This document shows, one piece after another, positions 37,645 through 51,384 of a stretch of DNA of 64,000 nt; the stretch's first letter is position 1, and the number at the start of each line of letters is the position of its first letter. The notes under the pieces were generated by a model, which saw only the letters and a list, made by a program, of their open reading frames with translations, was not told the origin of the DNA and searched no databases. The stretch spans positions 126,730,001 through 126,794,000 of the forward strand of contig NC_086097.1 in assembly GCF_963921235.1 (NCBI RefSeq). Direction: 5' to 3'. The position numbers and the translations under genes were made by a program. Source of the DNA: Mobula hypostoma. Taxonomy: Eukaryota.

Positions 37645-38160
37645 ACATAGAAGAGCATGGCACGAGCAGGCCATTTGGCCCATAGTGTTGTGCCGAAACA
37701 GCTAAGAAGCAAATCTAAAACCATCCAAACAGTAATTCTTCCTACCTACACCATGTCCATATCGCTCATCTTCCTTACATCCATGTGCCTATCCAAACAG
37801 CTCTTAAAAGCGTGTAATGTATTTGCCTCTACCAGCGTATTAGGCAGCACATTCCAGGCATCCATGACTCTTGAGTAAAAGGTTTACCCCTCATATCCTG
37901 CTTGCACCTTCCCCCACTCGTATTGGACATTTCAACCCTGGGAAACAGATACTCTCTGTCCGCACTATCTATGCCTCATAATCTTGTAAACTTCTATCGG
38001 ATCTCCCCTCAGCCTCCAATGCTCGAGAGAAAACAACCCGAGTTTATCCAGTTCCTCATGATAGCACATGCCCTCTAAATCAGGCAGCATCCTGGTGAAC
38101 CTCTTCTGCACCCTCTCCAAAGCCTCAACATCCTTCCTATAGTGGCAGAACCAGAAATGA
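37645..38160 (-). mobile_element. CR1 3' fragment
   Basis: Reverse-complement CR1 3' motifs (CCTGGTGAACCTCTTCTGCACCCTCTCCAAAGCC). Confidence 0.8.
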
Positions 38161-39839
38161 AACTAGCTTTCTATGTCTTGTTAATTCAGGTACAGATCTT
38201 TTCTAAATGTTAGGGGAGTTTCTCACTCATTCAAGCAGTGCATTCTGGATCCTAACAGTTTTCCTCTTTAAAAAAAAAACAAACTGAGAAACTCTGGGAC
38301 AGATAGCATCTGTTGAGGGAAATGGACAGTGGACATATTGTGTCGAGACCCTTCATCTGAACTGAAAGATAAAGACCATAAGACAAGACAAAGGGGAAAA
38401 TGGCCAGTCGAAAGAGGTACTCAACCCTCATCAACACCCTTTGTGCAAGCTACCTTCCCTCTACATTTCAGTCCAGATGAAGAATCTCAACCTGAAATGT
38501 AGACCATCCATTTCCTTCCACAGTTGCTACTTGACCCACTGAGTTCCTCCAGCAGTTTCTCACTGCAGATTCTGGCATCTGCAGTCTCTTAATCTTCCAG
38601 TCTTTATTTGCTTGCCCCTCCTTCCTTACTGAAGGACTTGATTGTGCCGAAGCATAATTCCCTGGGGTTTGAAAAGCCTTGCAGTCAGTGTACAAAGTTT
38701 GCATCTTAAAATGTATTCTTCCTGCAAGGGTAGAATAATAACTGGAAGTACTTAATTTATCCCCTCTCAAACATATTGCAAAGCTTAATCAGTATAAGTA
38801 AATTTTAGGCGTGATTTATGCATGGAAAGACTGCAATATCTGGAAGAGTACTTTCAGTTCTTAGTAGGTGTATGAAAGTCACTTGTATATGAAGTGTAAC
38901 TAGTACAAAGGAGATGCACATTACATGAAAGAGAGGCTATCTCTTTGTATTTGCACTCAAGATGGAGTGAAGGAGCCAAACCAAACAGGCTGAGTGATGC
39001 ACAGATATCCCATTCATCCCTGTGTACCTGACAAAATGTTCGTAACTTTATGTGGAATGTCTCTCCTGCAGTGGGAAATGCTTCTGGTCTTAAGTTTTAT
39101 CCAAATTCAGCAGATTCACTTTGCTGCTGCTTATCTGAATTAGCTTGTACAACTTGATAAATGTTATCTGGCATTTGTTCAGCACGATTTAGAAATTTTT
39201 AAATTTGAAGGGGCAACATGTTCAAGCTTTGAAGATGTCCACTACCCAGTGAAGAAAATATTATTATTTTTCACTATACAGATTGAATATCATTCAGCTG
39301 TTCCTTTTGCATTCAAAATGGCATCAACTTTGATGCATGTTGGTGTTTATTTTCTTACTGATTTTAATTCCATCTCACTATTGAAAGTGTTATGTCCATG
39401 CTGGGTACAGTCCAGAAAGGTTTTGCCCCAGTGCACAATGTGTGGAAAGAGAAACAGTTAACATGTTCAGCCTATCTGAGAAAGAAAGAAAATGAGTTTT
39501 GTATTTTTTTTCTCCCACAGATGCTACCTAACCTGGTGAGTGTTTCCAGCCTTTTCTGGTTTTATTTCATACTGTTTAGAGCATACTTCCAGCAGAAGTC
39601 ACAGAGTAATTCAGAAGCATCCAAATGTTTTCTTCCTCAAATTCATTCTATATGCAATATGTGAATGCTGTGCCACTCTTATACAAATGGTGACTATTTC
39701 TAGATCAATTGCTGGTTTCAATTATAAAGTCAGCAGACTCAATTTAAGGTAAGGTACCAATGAATATTGGGCAATAGCAATATATGAAGTTATGACCTCA
39801 TTGAGTTAGAACATACTGTTCTGGTTGCCACACTAGACT

Positions 39840-40745
39840 AGAGATAGATAAATAGATATACTTTATTAATCCTGAGGGAAATTTGGTTTCGTTACCGCCA
39901 CACCAACCAAGAATAGAGCATAAATATAGCAATACAAAAAAACCCCAACAATCAAACAACTAAATGCAAAAATATGCCAGATGGAAAATAAGTCCAGGAC
40001 CAGTCTATTGTTTCAGAGTGTCTGACCCTCCACGGGAGGAGCTGCATGTTTGATGGCCACGGGCAGGAACGACCTCCCGTGCCCCCAGGTGTTGTACCAT
40101 GGTGGAATCACGGAGGAAGGATGTAGTAACAACAGAGAATTCCCCACGACATCTAAAATAGAGGTCTGTAGTTATAAGAGGAGATTAGACAGCCTGGGTT
40201 TATTCTTACCGGAGAATAGGAGGCTGAGGGTGATTTTATGGGGGTCTACACACTTATGAGTGGTGTAGATGGGATGGACAATCAGAATATTTATCCCAGG
40301 GCAAGGGAATCCAGAACTAGAGGGGACAGAATTGAGGTGAGGAGAGAAATTTAATGGAAATCTGACAGGCAAGTTTTTAGGTGGTGGTTATTTGAAATGA
40401 GCAGCTAAAAGCCGAGGCAATTGTTACATTTAAAAGGAGATTGGTTGGGTACTTGGATAAGAAACGTATAGAGGGATAGGGGCCTAATTCATGAAAATGG
40501 GGTTAGGATAGATGGATAGATATACTTTATTGATCCCGAGGGAAACTGGGTTTCGTTACAGTTGCACCAACCAAGAATAGAATATAAATATAGCAATACA
40601 AAAACCACAAACAATCAAACAACAAAATGCAAACTATGCCAGATGGAAAGTAAGTCCAGGGCCAGCCTATTGGTGCAGGGTGTCTGACCCTCTATGGAAG
40701 GAGCTGCAAAGTTCGATGGCCACAGGCAGGAACAACCTCCCGTGA
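39840..40745 (-). mobile_element. Two short copies (~39840-40110, ~40508-40745) of the same LINE 3' end with (TATC)n tails, inserted in a CR1 fragment
   Basis: Near-identical ~240-bp direct repeats starting GATAGATA..TACTTTATT; + strand CR1 sequence lies between and around them. Confidence 0.65.
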
Positions 40746-43157
40746 TAGATAGACAAGGTTAGCTTGGTTAAGGTGGGCTGAAAGAACTAATTCCTGCTCT
40801 GTGCATTTCTAGATTCTATCAGTGCCAGAATGGACTTGAAGGTGATAGCTTGCTCTTAATACTGCATTAATCCATTATTGTTAACTGGGCAAAGAATGGG
40901 ACTACATTTGCAATCGAGATTTATGTGGTTCTGTTATTTGCAATAAATTTGGGTGCCCCCTGTGATGATCATTCATTGTGTTTCTTGCATTTTCTGTGAA
41001 TGTCTGCGAGAAAATTAATCTCAGGGTTGCATATGATATATGTTCTTTGATAATAAATTTACTTTGATTATAGCTCAAAATATTCACTTCCAGTAGTGCT
41101 TGTGGGGAAAATGTGTTAAATTATAGATGACAAGGAAAAAAGCCCCCTTTTAAAAAATGATTCTACAATGCCTCACAACAGATTGTGAAGTTAACAGAGT
41201 TGTGAATGATATGCTCATTTCTGTATTTATTTGGAGGCTTATCTATTCCACAGTAATGTAAATTGATCATCAATGAAAGGTATTCTAAAGCAGTTTTGTT
41301 TTTAAATCAATGCTAATTATTATTTGAAGATAAGACACCAGTTTAATTTCTCATTACTCTGATATTTTGAGACAAAAAGTTAACATGATTTTTTTTTATC
41401 CAATCCCTTTACAACTGTGACTGAATAGCAATACATTTTAATATATGAAAGGGCTTTGCATATGGGTGAAAGAGTGTTTCATCTATGGCACCATTGGAAT
41501 CCAACAAGGATGAAAGGTCCCTCTGTTTGTTGGCATATGTTAAGTATTCGTGAGTGTTTGTATTGAGTATGCACCAAGACACTGATGATGCTGAAAAAGG
41601 CGGTCTCAAGGGCACTGGCCAATTAGTGCATATGTTCAGTTTGTGTTGGTGGTGAATGACAGGCATTTCTGAAGGTAAGAGGTACTGATGGTAAACAGTG
41701 CATTACTCTACACCTAATCCATCAGTCAGTTTATTATCTCACTACTTGCATCGCCATCATGGGCTACAAATATACATGGATGCTAGAATTACTGTAGTAA
41801 GTGCACACCTGGAGTGGAGGCAAAAAGTGATTGGAGTTGTTTGACTTGGATAGAAAGAGCATAGAAATGCTGAGAGCTGGGACAGACTAGATCATCATTT
41901 TGCTCACCTTGGCCATCTACGGAGCTCCATACTGCAACTATTCAAATTTGCCTTCCCACTACCATGTCCGCCCCTGGCCTCCCCTATTGTCGTCCTGAGG
42001 CTATGTGCAAACAAGAGGGAAAAACTTCCTATACCACCTGGGTGATCTATAACCGATGGAATAAACATTGAATTTTTCTTCAATTTCAAGTAAACTGCTC
42101 CCTCTCTGTCCCTTTTACTTTTCTCTCACCTCTAATCTACTCAGTTCCTCCTACACCCACATAGCCCTCTACATCATCCTGTCTCCTTCCCATCTCCCCA
42201 TCATCCATACACATCATCTACTGGATTCCTATTTGCCTAACGTATGTTCCTGATTTGGTTCTATGCTCCACCTTCCTTTTCCATTATCTGCTGGCCTTTA
42301 TTACCTCCACCTACCACTCCCCTCACCCCTGCACTCTTTCTGTCCATTTCCACTCTTCCCTCCTCTATCTGCATATCGCTCCTCAGCTGGATCACCCTCT
42401 GGTTTGGCAGTTGTTGGTCCTCCCCTTGCCCCTAACTACTTTTTACTGGCTATATCCCTTCTACCTCTCAGTCCAGATGAAGGGTGTCAATGCAAAATAT
42501 CGACTGTCCACTCCCCTGAGTTCCTTCAAAGTTTTGTGTGTTGATGGAAATACCAAATAAGTTCTTTCTCTCAACCAGGTCGTCACCCTCCTAGTTCATG
42601 TCAACCGTAATTACCCATTAATAGTAACTGTAAACTCAACTCATTTTATTTACATCACCTTGCCCCAGACTATACCATTCATCTCCCCATTGGGGGAACT
42701 TTACAGTACAATAGCCCCGCCTTTGAGACTTTTTTTTTACCATGCCCATGGTCTGCTCTTTATCAAATTACGGTATTGCTTTGCACTGTTGTAACTATAT
42801 GTTATAATTATGTGGTTTTTGTCAGTTTTAGTCTTGGTCTGTGTTGTGTTTCTGTGATATCATACTGGAGGAGCATTGTATCATTTCTTAATGCATGCAT
42901 TAATAAATGACAATAAACGAGGACTGAGTGTCCTCGTAATGTAAATAGCCAATTATCTTGCCAATGTACAAGTCTTTAGGATGTGGAAAAAAAACAGGGA
43001 ACCCTGGTTACAGGGACAGCATGCAAACTCGACACAGAAGGCAGCACAAGTCAGGAATGAGTCCCAGGATGCTGGGGCTGTGAGGCAGCAGCTCTAAAGA
43101 TATTTCCTTATCCTACAGTCATTAATTTATTAATTTCTTTTTAATTCAAACTTGCAG

Positions 43158-43266
43158 GTTTCTTTTTCGTCACCAAGCTGCTGTGTGCTGTGGCTTGTTA
43201 CTCATTTTCTAATCTCTCACTATTCACTTGACACTTACTGTCAGGAGTATTCAGGCTCTGTTTCTG
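43158..43266 (+). CDS. Candidate exon encoding a signal-peptide-like segment
   Basis: TTGCAG| VSFSSPSCCVLWLVTHFLISHYSLDTYCQEYSGSVS+G |GTGAGT; only the phase-0 frame is open, and it ends in phase 1. Confidence 0.4.
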
Positions 43267-44984
43267 GTGAGTAGGATCTGAGAAGATAGTTTAATATTAA
43301 ATGATATATGCCTGCTTCTTCCACCAGCCTGTATGTCTATTGTAGTTTTACAATTTGACGGACATCTTTTCAAAGGTTAAAACTTGATAGTTTTCCAAAA
43401 CAAATGAAAACAAATAATTCTATAATACCTCTATTGTGATCAATTTTGATAATCTGTTGTTCTTATTGTATACATGCAGCACCTAAACAGTTTTTATGCA
43501 GCTACAATATGCCTGATGTTAAATATTTGGTGAATTGATTACACTCCTGTGATGCATCTTGAGTGGTTTTGCACCACAATGTCTTTCATAAAAGGGAATT
43601 GTTGATGTGTACGTACTTTGTTTAGTTTCATTTCGTAAGTTAGCTTATTTTTCTTAAACGTCCTGAAATACTCTGAAAAATTTGTCTTGTGTACCATCCG
43701 TGCAGTTCATTTCATTACAACACCACGTTGAGATTTACAATAACGGAATGCAGAAGGGAGGATTACAGTTACAGAGAAAGTGCAGTGCAGAAAGAAAAAC
43801 AAGGTGCAAGACTGTATTGAGGTGGTTTTAGAGGTCAATAGTCCATCTTATCTTACTAAGGGTCTGTTCAATGGTCTTAAAACAATGGGATGGAAGCTGT
43901 CCTTGAGCCTGGTGGCATGAGCTGTCAGGGTTTTTTTTTCTTTTGCCCGATGGGAGGGGGAGAGAAGAGAGAGCTTTACCAAGGCAGTTGACAGAGTCCA
44001 TGTGAGAAAAGCTATTTCTCTATTCTGCAATTTGGACTTTCTGTAGGATAATCTTAATTATCATTTCTAATATCTCTGGCAAAATTAAAACACCTATATT
44101 TTTGTTTATTTTTCAAAAATAGCTGCCTGTGTTACAGACTTTTTTTTCTGTCTGCAGCTTATTTTCTGACCTTTTGCCAACATTTTACTGTGTGTAAAGT
44201 GCATAGCTCATTGTACAGTTAATTGTTTCAGGCTCACAAAAAAAAATGCAATATTCTTAAAAAGTCAGAATTATTCCATGAAGTCAAGCTGGAAACATAA
44301 AAGCTTGCATTTTGCTTTGTTGCAGCGGTTTGCTCTGTACACTCCTTAATGACCAAGAATGCATTGATACATTGTGAATCCGGTATTAATGATTTCTCAT
44401 TCCTGCTTATATACTGCATGCTTTCTGTAGAAGTACTATGAAATGAACTTATGCTGTTGTATCTCATTGCTGGTGTTAGTTGAGTATGAATCAGGGCACA
44501 GTGTAAACGTCCTGAAAATACATGTGATTTATATAAAACTTCCACTGTAACTGTCCACAGAAGTAGTTTAGTGCCAGGCAGATGTACTAAATAAAGAAAT
44601 GAGAGAAGTTAAAGGTTCCATATAAAATGTAGCATTTATTTAATATTTTTCTATGAAGATGCATTATTTGGCGTTACATTGTAAAATTATGAAATCCTCA
44701 AGGACATGCATACAATTAGCGAAATAGTGGGAGGAAAACAATTGCGGACATTGTGTCTTTGATCTCTGAATTTCAAAGGGGACATTTGTTTTGAGATAGT
44801 TCCAGATGACTGCATTGCTCCCTTTAATATCAGTAATTTTGAAGATTCTTAAATTGTTGTGAGGTAATAAAGTGTAATTAAATTGGAAATGTTTAGTAAC
44901 TGTCAAAGGCTTCAAAACCTCCAATTGGCTTAAACATAGAACAATACAGCACTGGTCAGTCCGTTCAGTCTATGATGCTATTTA

Positions 44985-45446
44985 CGAGGGGTGATTGATA
45001 AGTTCGTGGCCTAAGGTAGAAGGAGATGAGTTATTAACTTCAAACTTTCTGCATTATCACTCAGTGTTGAACTGTAGGTGCATGTAATGAGAGCACCTTG
45101 GACCTCCAGGTGGTCCACAGCAGGGGTGATTGATAAGTTTGTGGCCTACGGTAGGAGGAGATGATTTATACAGCTCTCGTTACATGCACGTGCAGTTCAA
45201 CTCTGAGTGAAAATGCAGAAAGTTTGAAGTTTCTCCTCATCTCCTTCTACTTTAGGCCACAAACTTATCAATCACCCCTGCTGTGGACCATTTCTGGAGG
45301 TCCAAGACGCCGACTTCGACATAGAAGGGACCTGTGTGCTCCATGACCGCTGGACTAAGTGTGTAAATATAGGAAAAATAAATGTGCTAGGTTTTCTAAA
45401 ATTGACTCCTTCTACCTTAGGCCACGAACTTATCAATCACCCCTCA
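44985..45446. mobile_element. mariner-like fold-back MITE, same family as 8057-8626
   Basis: TIR CGAGGGGTGATTGATAAGTTCGTGGCCTA; TA flanks. Confidence 0.8.
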
Positions 45447-46794
45447 TATACTAAATGTATTCCTGTTTATCATCCACTCCCTCATTCTTATATGGAGTTA
45501 AATGCATCTTAATTAACCTGCCTACTTCCTGCACTATCCCTGGTAACCTCTTCCAGGCAGCTACCACACTCTGTTTTAAGAAAAAACAACTTGCCCTCAC
45601 GTTACTTTTAAACTTCTACCCTCTAACCTTTATTGGAAAGTACTTATTTAGTACTAAGGTCTTCAGTCAGCCTTGACACTCTCGAGAACAACCCAAGTTT
45701 GTCCAGCTTTCCCTCATAGCTCATACCTTCTAATCTGGGCAGCATCCTGGTAATCCTCTTTTGCATCCTCTCCACAGTCTCTGTAGAAAAACTAGAATTA
45801 CACGCAATATGTAGTCAGACTGAAGTTTGTATACGTAGCTGCAGCATGACTTTGCTACTCATAGTCAGACTCCTACCGATGAAGATAAGCATGCCGTATG
45901 TCGTCTTCATCATCTTATTCACTTGCATATATGGACCAGGACCACAAGATCCCTTTGTACCTGAATACTATTAAGGGGCCTACCATTAACTGGAAATTTT
46001 CTTCTTTCATTTGACTTCCCAAAATGTGTCACCTCCCCCCTCGCGCCCCTCCCCCACCCCCCGGCTTTCCTGGATTAGTCTGTCATTTCCCTGCCCATAT
46101 CTGTATCTGGTCTATATCCTGCTGTATTCTTTAATGGTCCTTTACACCATCCACAACTCCACCGATCTTCGTGTCATTCTGCAAACTTGAAATCCATGCA
46201 TCTCCACTTTCATCCAAATCATTGCTAAGTGTCAGAAACAGAGGTCCCAGCACTAATACTTGCGGACACAATCGGTCACAGACCTCCAGCCAAAATGACA
46301 GTCTTCAACCCCTACTCTGTCTTTATGGGCAAGCCTGTTCTGAACCCAACTTACAATTCACTCTGGATCTCATGCATCTTTACCTTCTGAATCAACTCAC
46401 CATGAAGGACCTCATCAAGTGCCTTTCTAAAGTCCATGTAAATGATATCCACTGCCATAAATCTCAAGCTCCTTTGTCATCTCAAAAGATTGACGAAAAC
46501 TTCATAGTTCAATGTAGTGATCCTGGCTCTAAGTTAATCCTCTTTCCCCACAATAGTCCTAGCATTGAAATAAACAGTGTTCTGCCCAACACTCCCACCA
46601 TGTTTATTAGCTTGCCCCTTGCTGTCCATCCTTTCAGTCTTGCTTGTCATACTGTCCTTCTTGCCCTCAACCCTACTACCCGTTGCCATGTTTCTGTGTT
46701 TCCCACTCCTCTGCCACTCTAGTTTAAATTCTTCCAAGTAGCACTAGTAAACTTCCCAGCGATATTGACTCCCCTATAGTTCAGATGCAAACCA

Positions 46795-47344
46795 TGTTAC
46801 ACGGAAGTGGATTCAGTAAGTGGGACAAAAGACACTGATTGTGAGTAAGCACATTAGCTATTTACAAACAACAAAACACTCAGCTAAACATCTATGTCAA
46901 AGAAGTACTTATCTAAACTCTTCCCCCAAGTTACAAAATTGCGATACTAAGCATTCAATAACACTTCTAACTTAAATAGGAACTTCGTTAAATCCCCCTA
47001 CACCCCCCCCCCACACCAAGTTACACAGCTACAACACTAAACATTTAACAAACAGGTACTTGCCTAAGTGTGCATGGGGGCCCTCCTTTCTGCAGCACAC
47101 TTTCCCAATGGTCCTTCAGCTCTGGTCACGACCCAGCCTGACGGGGAGCCCTTGACAAAAAGGGGCAGAGGGTATCGCACTCGCTATTCATGTGCCTCTG
47201 GGGTGCCTGAAACCAGAAGCCGGTGCCATGGCATGAAAGCCAGCCAATGGGAGAGAGCTGCCACATCCTTCAGATGGGCCAATCAACTACTGGCACGGTG
47301 GAAGCAGCTTTCAATCGGCAGGTAAGTTAGCCCTTCACTTTACA
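46795..47344. mobile_element. Probable solo LTR inside a degenerate minus-strand CR1 (~45450-49100)
   Basis: TGTTAC...TTTACA ends; imperfect 4-bp flanks ACCA/GCCA; CR1-like sequence is continuous across it. Confidence 0.5.
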
Positions 47345-47559
47345 GCCATCTTGTTTGTACAGGTCTCATTTGCCCAGCAGGAGAACCCAAATGATGCATA
47401 AATCTGAAGCCGCCTGCACCAGCTCCTTCACCAAGTGCTACATATATATTTCTCACCTCAGTAGCACATGGCCCAATGATCGATATATCCAAAGCCCTCC
47501 CTTCTGCACCAGCTCTTTAACAATGTACTGAACTGCACTATTTCTTACCTCATTAGCAC

Positions 47560-48805
47560 ATGGAATTGGTCGTAGTCTTGAGCTTTTGAGATTTTCTTTG
47601 TCTAGTCCCATTTGTTATATTTTTTTAAAATCTTCAATAACCGATTCAGTATTAAATCCTTCCAGGATTTGCTTACTGGAGGAAGTCTTCTTTTGTTTGA
47701 GCAAATGTCAGCTAAATATAGTTTACCCAAAACTCACTTTTTTTTGTTATTTACAAATTAGAGACTTTCTGCGTTCTCAACTATATACATTTCCTATACG
47801 TTACGATAAGGACTTATTAGATGTAATTTTTAATTTTAAACCTTTTTATAATGGTTCAATATCCAATAGTTATAGTACGTTGCTAGGAATGAGAAATGCT
47901 CCTATAGACAAAATTAAAAATCTTTGTGAACAAGATTTACAGACTTCAATCTGAGGAAACTTGGAATGAAATTTTTAAATTGGTTAACACTTCATCATTA
48001 TGTGCCCGTCATTCCCTCTTACAACTTAAAGGGCTCACATATCTGAAGATAAGCTATCTCATTTTTATTCGGATAGATCTCCTTTCTGTGATAGATGTAA
48101 TAATGGAAAAGCTTGATTAATTCTCATGTTTTGGATATGTCTGAGCATTGAAAGATACTGGAAGGAAGTATTCCAAACTTTTTCGGTACTCTGCAAGGTA
48201 AATTTTAAGCCTAACCCTTTGTCCACATTATTTGGTATTGCTGGAGGAAAAGACTTTATTTTGGAGATACCTGATTTGCATATTTTGGCTTTTATCTCTC
48301 TTATAGCTAGGAGAGTGCTCTTGCTAAAATGGGAGGATGCTGTTCCGTCTACTCATGCTCAATGGTTACGTGATGTTATGTCATGCTTAAATTTAGAGAA
48401 GATCCGTTGTTCAGTTTTTGAATCATTTTGTTGAAGTCTTGAATCTAGCCAAGACATTTGTACATTTTGGGGACCATTTTTGAGTTATTTTCAAAACCTT
48501 TGATTTGTTGTAAAAGTACAGATGGTGGTTAATAATATATTTTATTATATGATAAGGGTTTTTCCCCCATTTTTCTTGCTTTTCCTAACAGCTCTGACTT
48601 TGGTAGTGGGTTTAGATTTTTTTCTGTATAACAAAATGATTATATTTCAATATTACAATTTAATTTAATTTTTATGAGTACAGGGTTTTGTGAATGTAAC
48701 ATAATACAATGTATTTGGTACTATTTTATTTTTTATTTTGACTTATAATGTATCTTCTTGTAAACTGTATTCTTCTATGGAAAAACTAATAAAAATATTG
48801 AAAGA
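47560..48805 (+). mobile_element. L1-like LINE 3' fragment
   Basis: ORF2 C-terminal motifs (MFW.C...YWKEVF, LLLKWE..P....WL, LEKIR); AATAAA and A-rich end. Confidence 0.8.
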
Positions 48806-49639
48806 GATTCTGAAAGGTCACATTGCCACCCCCACCAACCCCTCCCAACAGTACCTGCCTACTTTCCTTACTTCTGGTGGTCACCTATCTGGCTGTAGCC
48901 TGTACTTGCTACAACCACCTCAGGAAAACTCATCTATGATATCCCCAGTCTCCTGGATGATCCTGAGTATATCCAGCCGCACCTCCACTTCCTTGACCTG
49001 GTCTTTCATGAGCTGCAGCTGGGTGCACCTGACTTCCCAAATCTTAAAGGAGGAGTATTCCATTGCTCTGACTGGCATTTTGTCTACACTATCAAAGGTC
49101 ACAGATAAAAAGGAAATTAAACGAAAAACTCAGCCTTGCCTTCCCACCAAAGCCTCTTTAGCCGAAGTATCAGCTCAGCTTCTCACTCTCAAAATGGCCA
49201 TTCTGCCCAACCCTACCTTCTTTTTATTGGCTGAGTTGGCACACACTTAACCAATTTTAATAAAGCTGTTGGCTCCTCCCATCTATTCTAGCTGGAAAAA
49301 TAAGCTCTCAACTGAAAAGTTAACTGCTATAAAGCTGCTGGCTAATCCCCTCTGCTGCTCTGGCTGAACCTCTTTGTCACAAATCCCTTTAGCTGTTCGG
49401 GGTGGAATGTTGAAATCCTGCTGAGTAGATATTAGAGAGGGACAGAATATATTTTGCTCCAGACCCGTGTCAGAACTTCGCTTATACAGCACGTTATAGA
49501 TGTTAGCCTTGCATGTCACCTTTGAAATACTAGATCTGGTGGAACATCACTTCTCCATTCTATAGCAATCGAAGTTTGTGCAAATGCCAGCAGCAAACCT
49601 TCTCTTGGATTGACCTTCCCATGCAATTATCACCCAAAA

Positions 49640-49850
49640 TGCACAGCACAGTGGGAAGAGATTTGCAGCTGCTGCCTCCCAGCTCCAGACACAGGGGTTC
49701 AATTCTGATCTCCAGTGCTGTCTAATTGGAGTTTGCACATCTTCCCTTCTCAATGTGGCTTTCCCCCATGTTCCCTGGTTTCATCCTACATTCCACAGTT
49801 GTGTGGGTATGTAGATTGATTGTCTATTATAAAATTAACCCTATTGTGGA
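49640..49850 (+). mobile_element. HE1/V-SINE-like element (other copies ~42925-43095 on -, ~59714-60050 on +)
   Basis: B-box-like GGTTCAATTC followed by V-core-like GGAGTTTGCACAT..TTTCCCC..GGTTTCATCCTACATTCC. Confidence 0.65.
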
Positions 49851-50105
49851 TAGGTGGGGAACTGGTGGATGACTGAGAGGCTATATAGTAGAATAAAGAG
49901 GTGTACTGAAAGCCTCAAAAGGATGGCATCAACATAATAATCCAAATGGCCTCTTCTGTTCAATAAGGAAATTGGAGAGTATGAGAACTATATCAAATAT
50001 ATATACAGGAGAGGTCTACCATGCCCAGTTGTCTAACTCTCTGGGGTGGGTTGGTACCATGGTAACAGTCAGGGTGATGGTTCAAAAACATCAGTTCTTT
50101 CTACT

Positions 50106-51384
50106 CAAACACAAGGAAATCTGCAGATGCTGGAATTTCAAGCAACACACATCAAAGTTGCTGGTGAACGCAGCAGGCCAGGCAGCATCTCCAGGAAGAG
50201 GTACAGTCAACGTTTCGGGCCGAGACCCTTCGTCAGGACTAACTGAAAGAAGAGCTAGTAAGAGATTTGAGAGGGGGAGGGGGAGATCCAAAATGATAGG
50301 AGAAGACAGGAGGAGGAGAGATGGAGCCAAGAGCTGGACAGGTGATTGGCAAAAGGGATATGAGAGGATCATGGGACAGGAGGCCTAGGGAGAAAGAAAA
50401 GGGGGAGGGGAGAAAAAGCCCAGAGGATGGGCAAAGGGTATAGTGAGAGGGACAGAGGGAGAAAAAGGAGAGAGTGAAGAATGTGTGTATATAAATAAAT
50501 AAATAACGGATGGGGTACGAGAGAGAGGTGGGGCATTAGCGGAAGTTTGAGAAGTCAATGTTCATGCCATCAGGTTGGAGGCTACCCAGACGGAATATAA
50601 GGTGTTGTTCCTCCAAACTGAGTATGGCTTCATCTTTACAGTAGAGGAGGCCATGGATAGACATATCGGAAAGGGAATGGGACATGGCCACTGGGAGATC
50701 CTGCTTTCTCTTGCGGACAGAGCATAGGTGTTCAGCAAAACGATCTCCCAGTCTGTGTCGGGTCTCACTAATATATAGAAGGCCACATCGGGAGCACCGG
50801 ATGCAGTATATCACCCCAGCCTACTCACAAGTGAAGTGTCACCTCACCTGGAAGGACAGTCTGGGGCCCTGAATGGTAGTGAGGGAGGAAGGGTAAGGGC
50901 TTGTGTAGCACTTGTTCCGCTAACAAGGATAAGTGTCAGGAGGGAGATTGGTGTGGAGGGATGGGGGGGACGAATGGACAAGGGAGTTGCGTAGGGAGCG
51001 ATCCCTGAGGAAAGCGGGGGTGGGGGGAAGAAAAGATGTGCTTAGTGGTGGGATCCCATTGGAGGTGGCGGAAGTTACGGAGAATAATATGTTGGACCCG
51101 GAGGCTGGTGGGGTGGTAGGTGAGGACAAGGGCAACCCTATTCCTAGTGTGGTGGCGGGAGGATGGAGTGAGAGCAGATGTGTGTGAAATGGGGGAGATG
51201 CATTTGAGAGCAGAGTTGATGGTGGAGGAAGGGAAGCCCCTTTCTTTAAAAAAGGAGGACATCTCCTTCGTCCTGCAGATGCAGCAGAGACGGAGGAATT
51301 GCGAGAAGGGGTTAGCATTTTTGCAAGAGACAGGGTGAGAAGAGGAATAATCCAGATAGCTGTGAGAGTCAGTAGGCTTATAGT
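50106..51384 (-). mobile_element. 5'-truncated Penelope-like retroelement
   Basis: GIY-YIG remnant IYCIRCSRCGLLYISET..RFAEHL; RT thumb YYKPTDSHSYLDYSSSHP; 13-bp TSD AGTTCTTTCTACT (50093-50105, 51385-51397). Confidence 0.9.
50205..50240 (-). ncRNA. Minimal type I hammerhead ribozyme motif (GUU triplet)
   Basis: Minus strand reads AGTC-CTGACGA-AGGGTCTCGGCCC-GAAAC-GTT-GACT: stem I AGTC/GACT, core CUGANGA and GAAA, stem II hairpin. Confidence 0.7.
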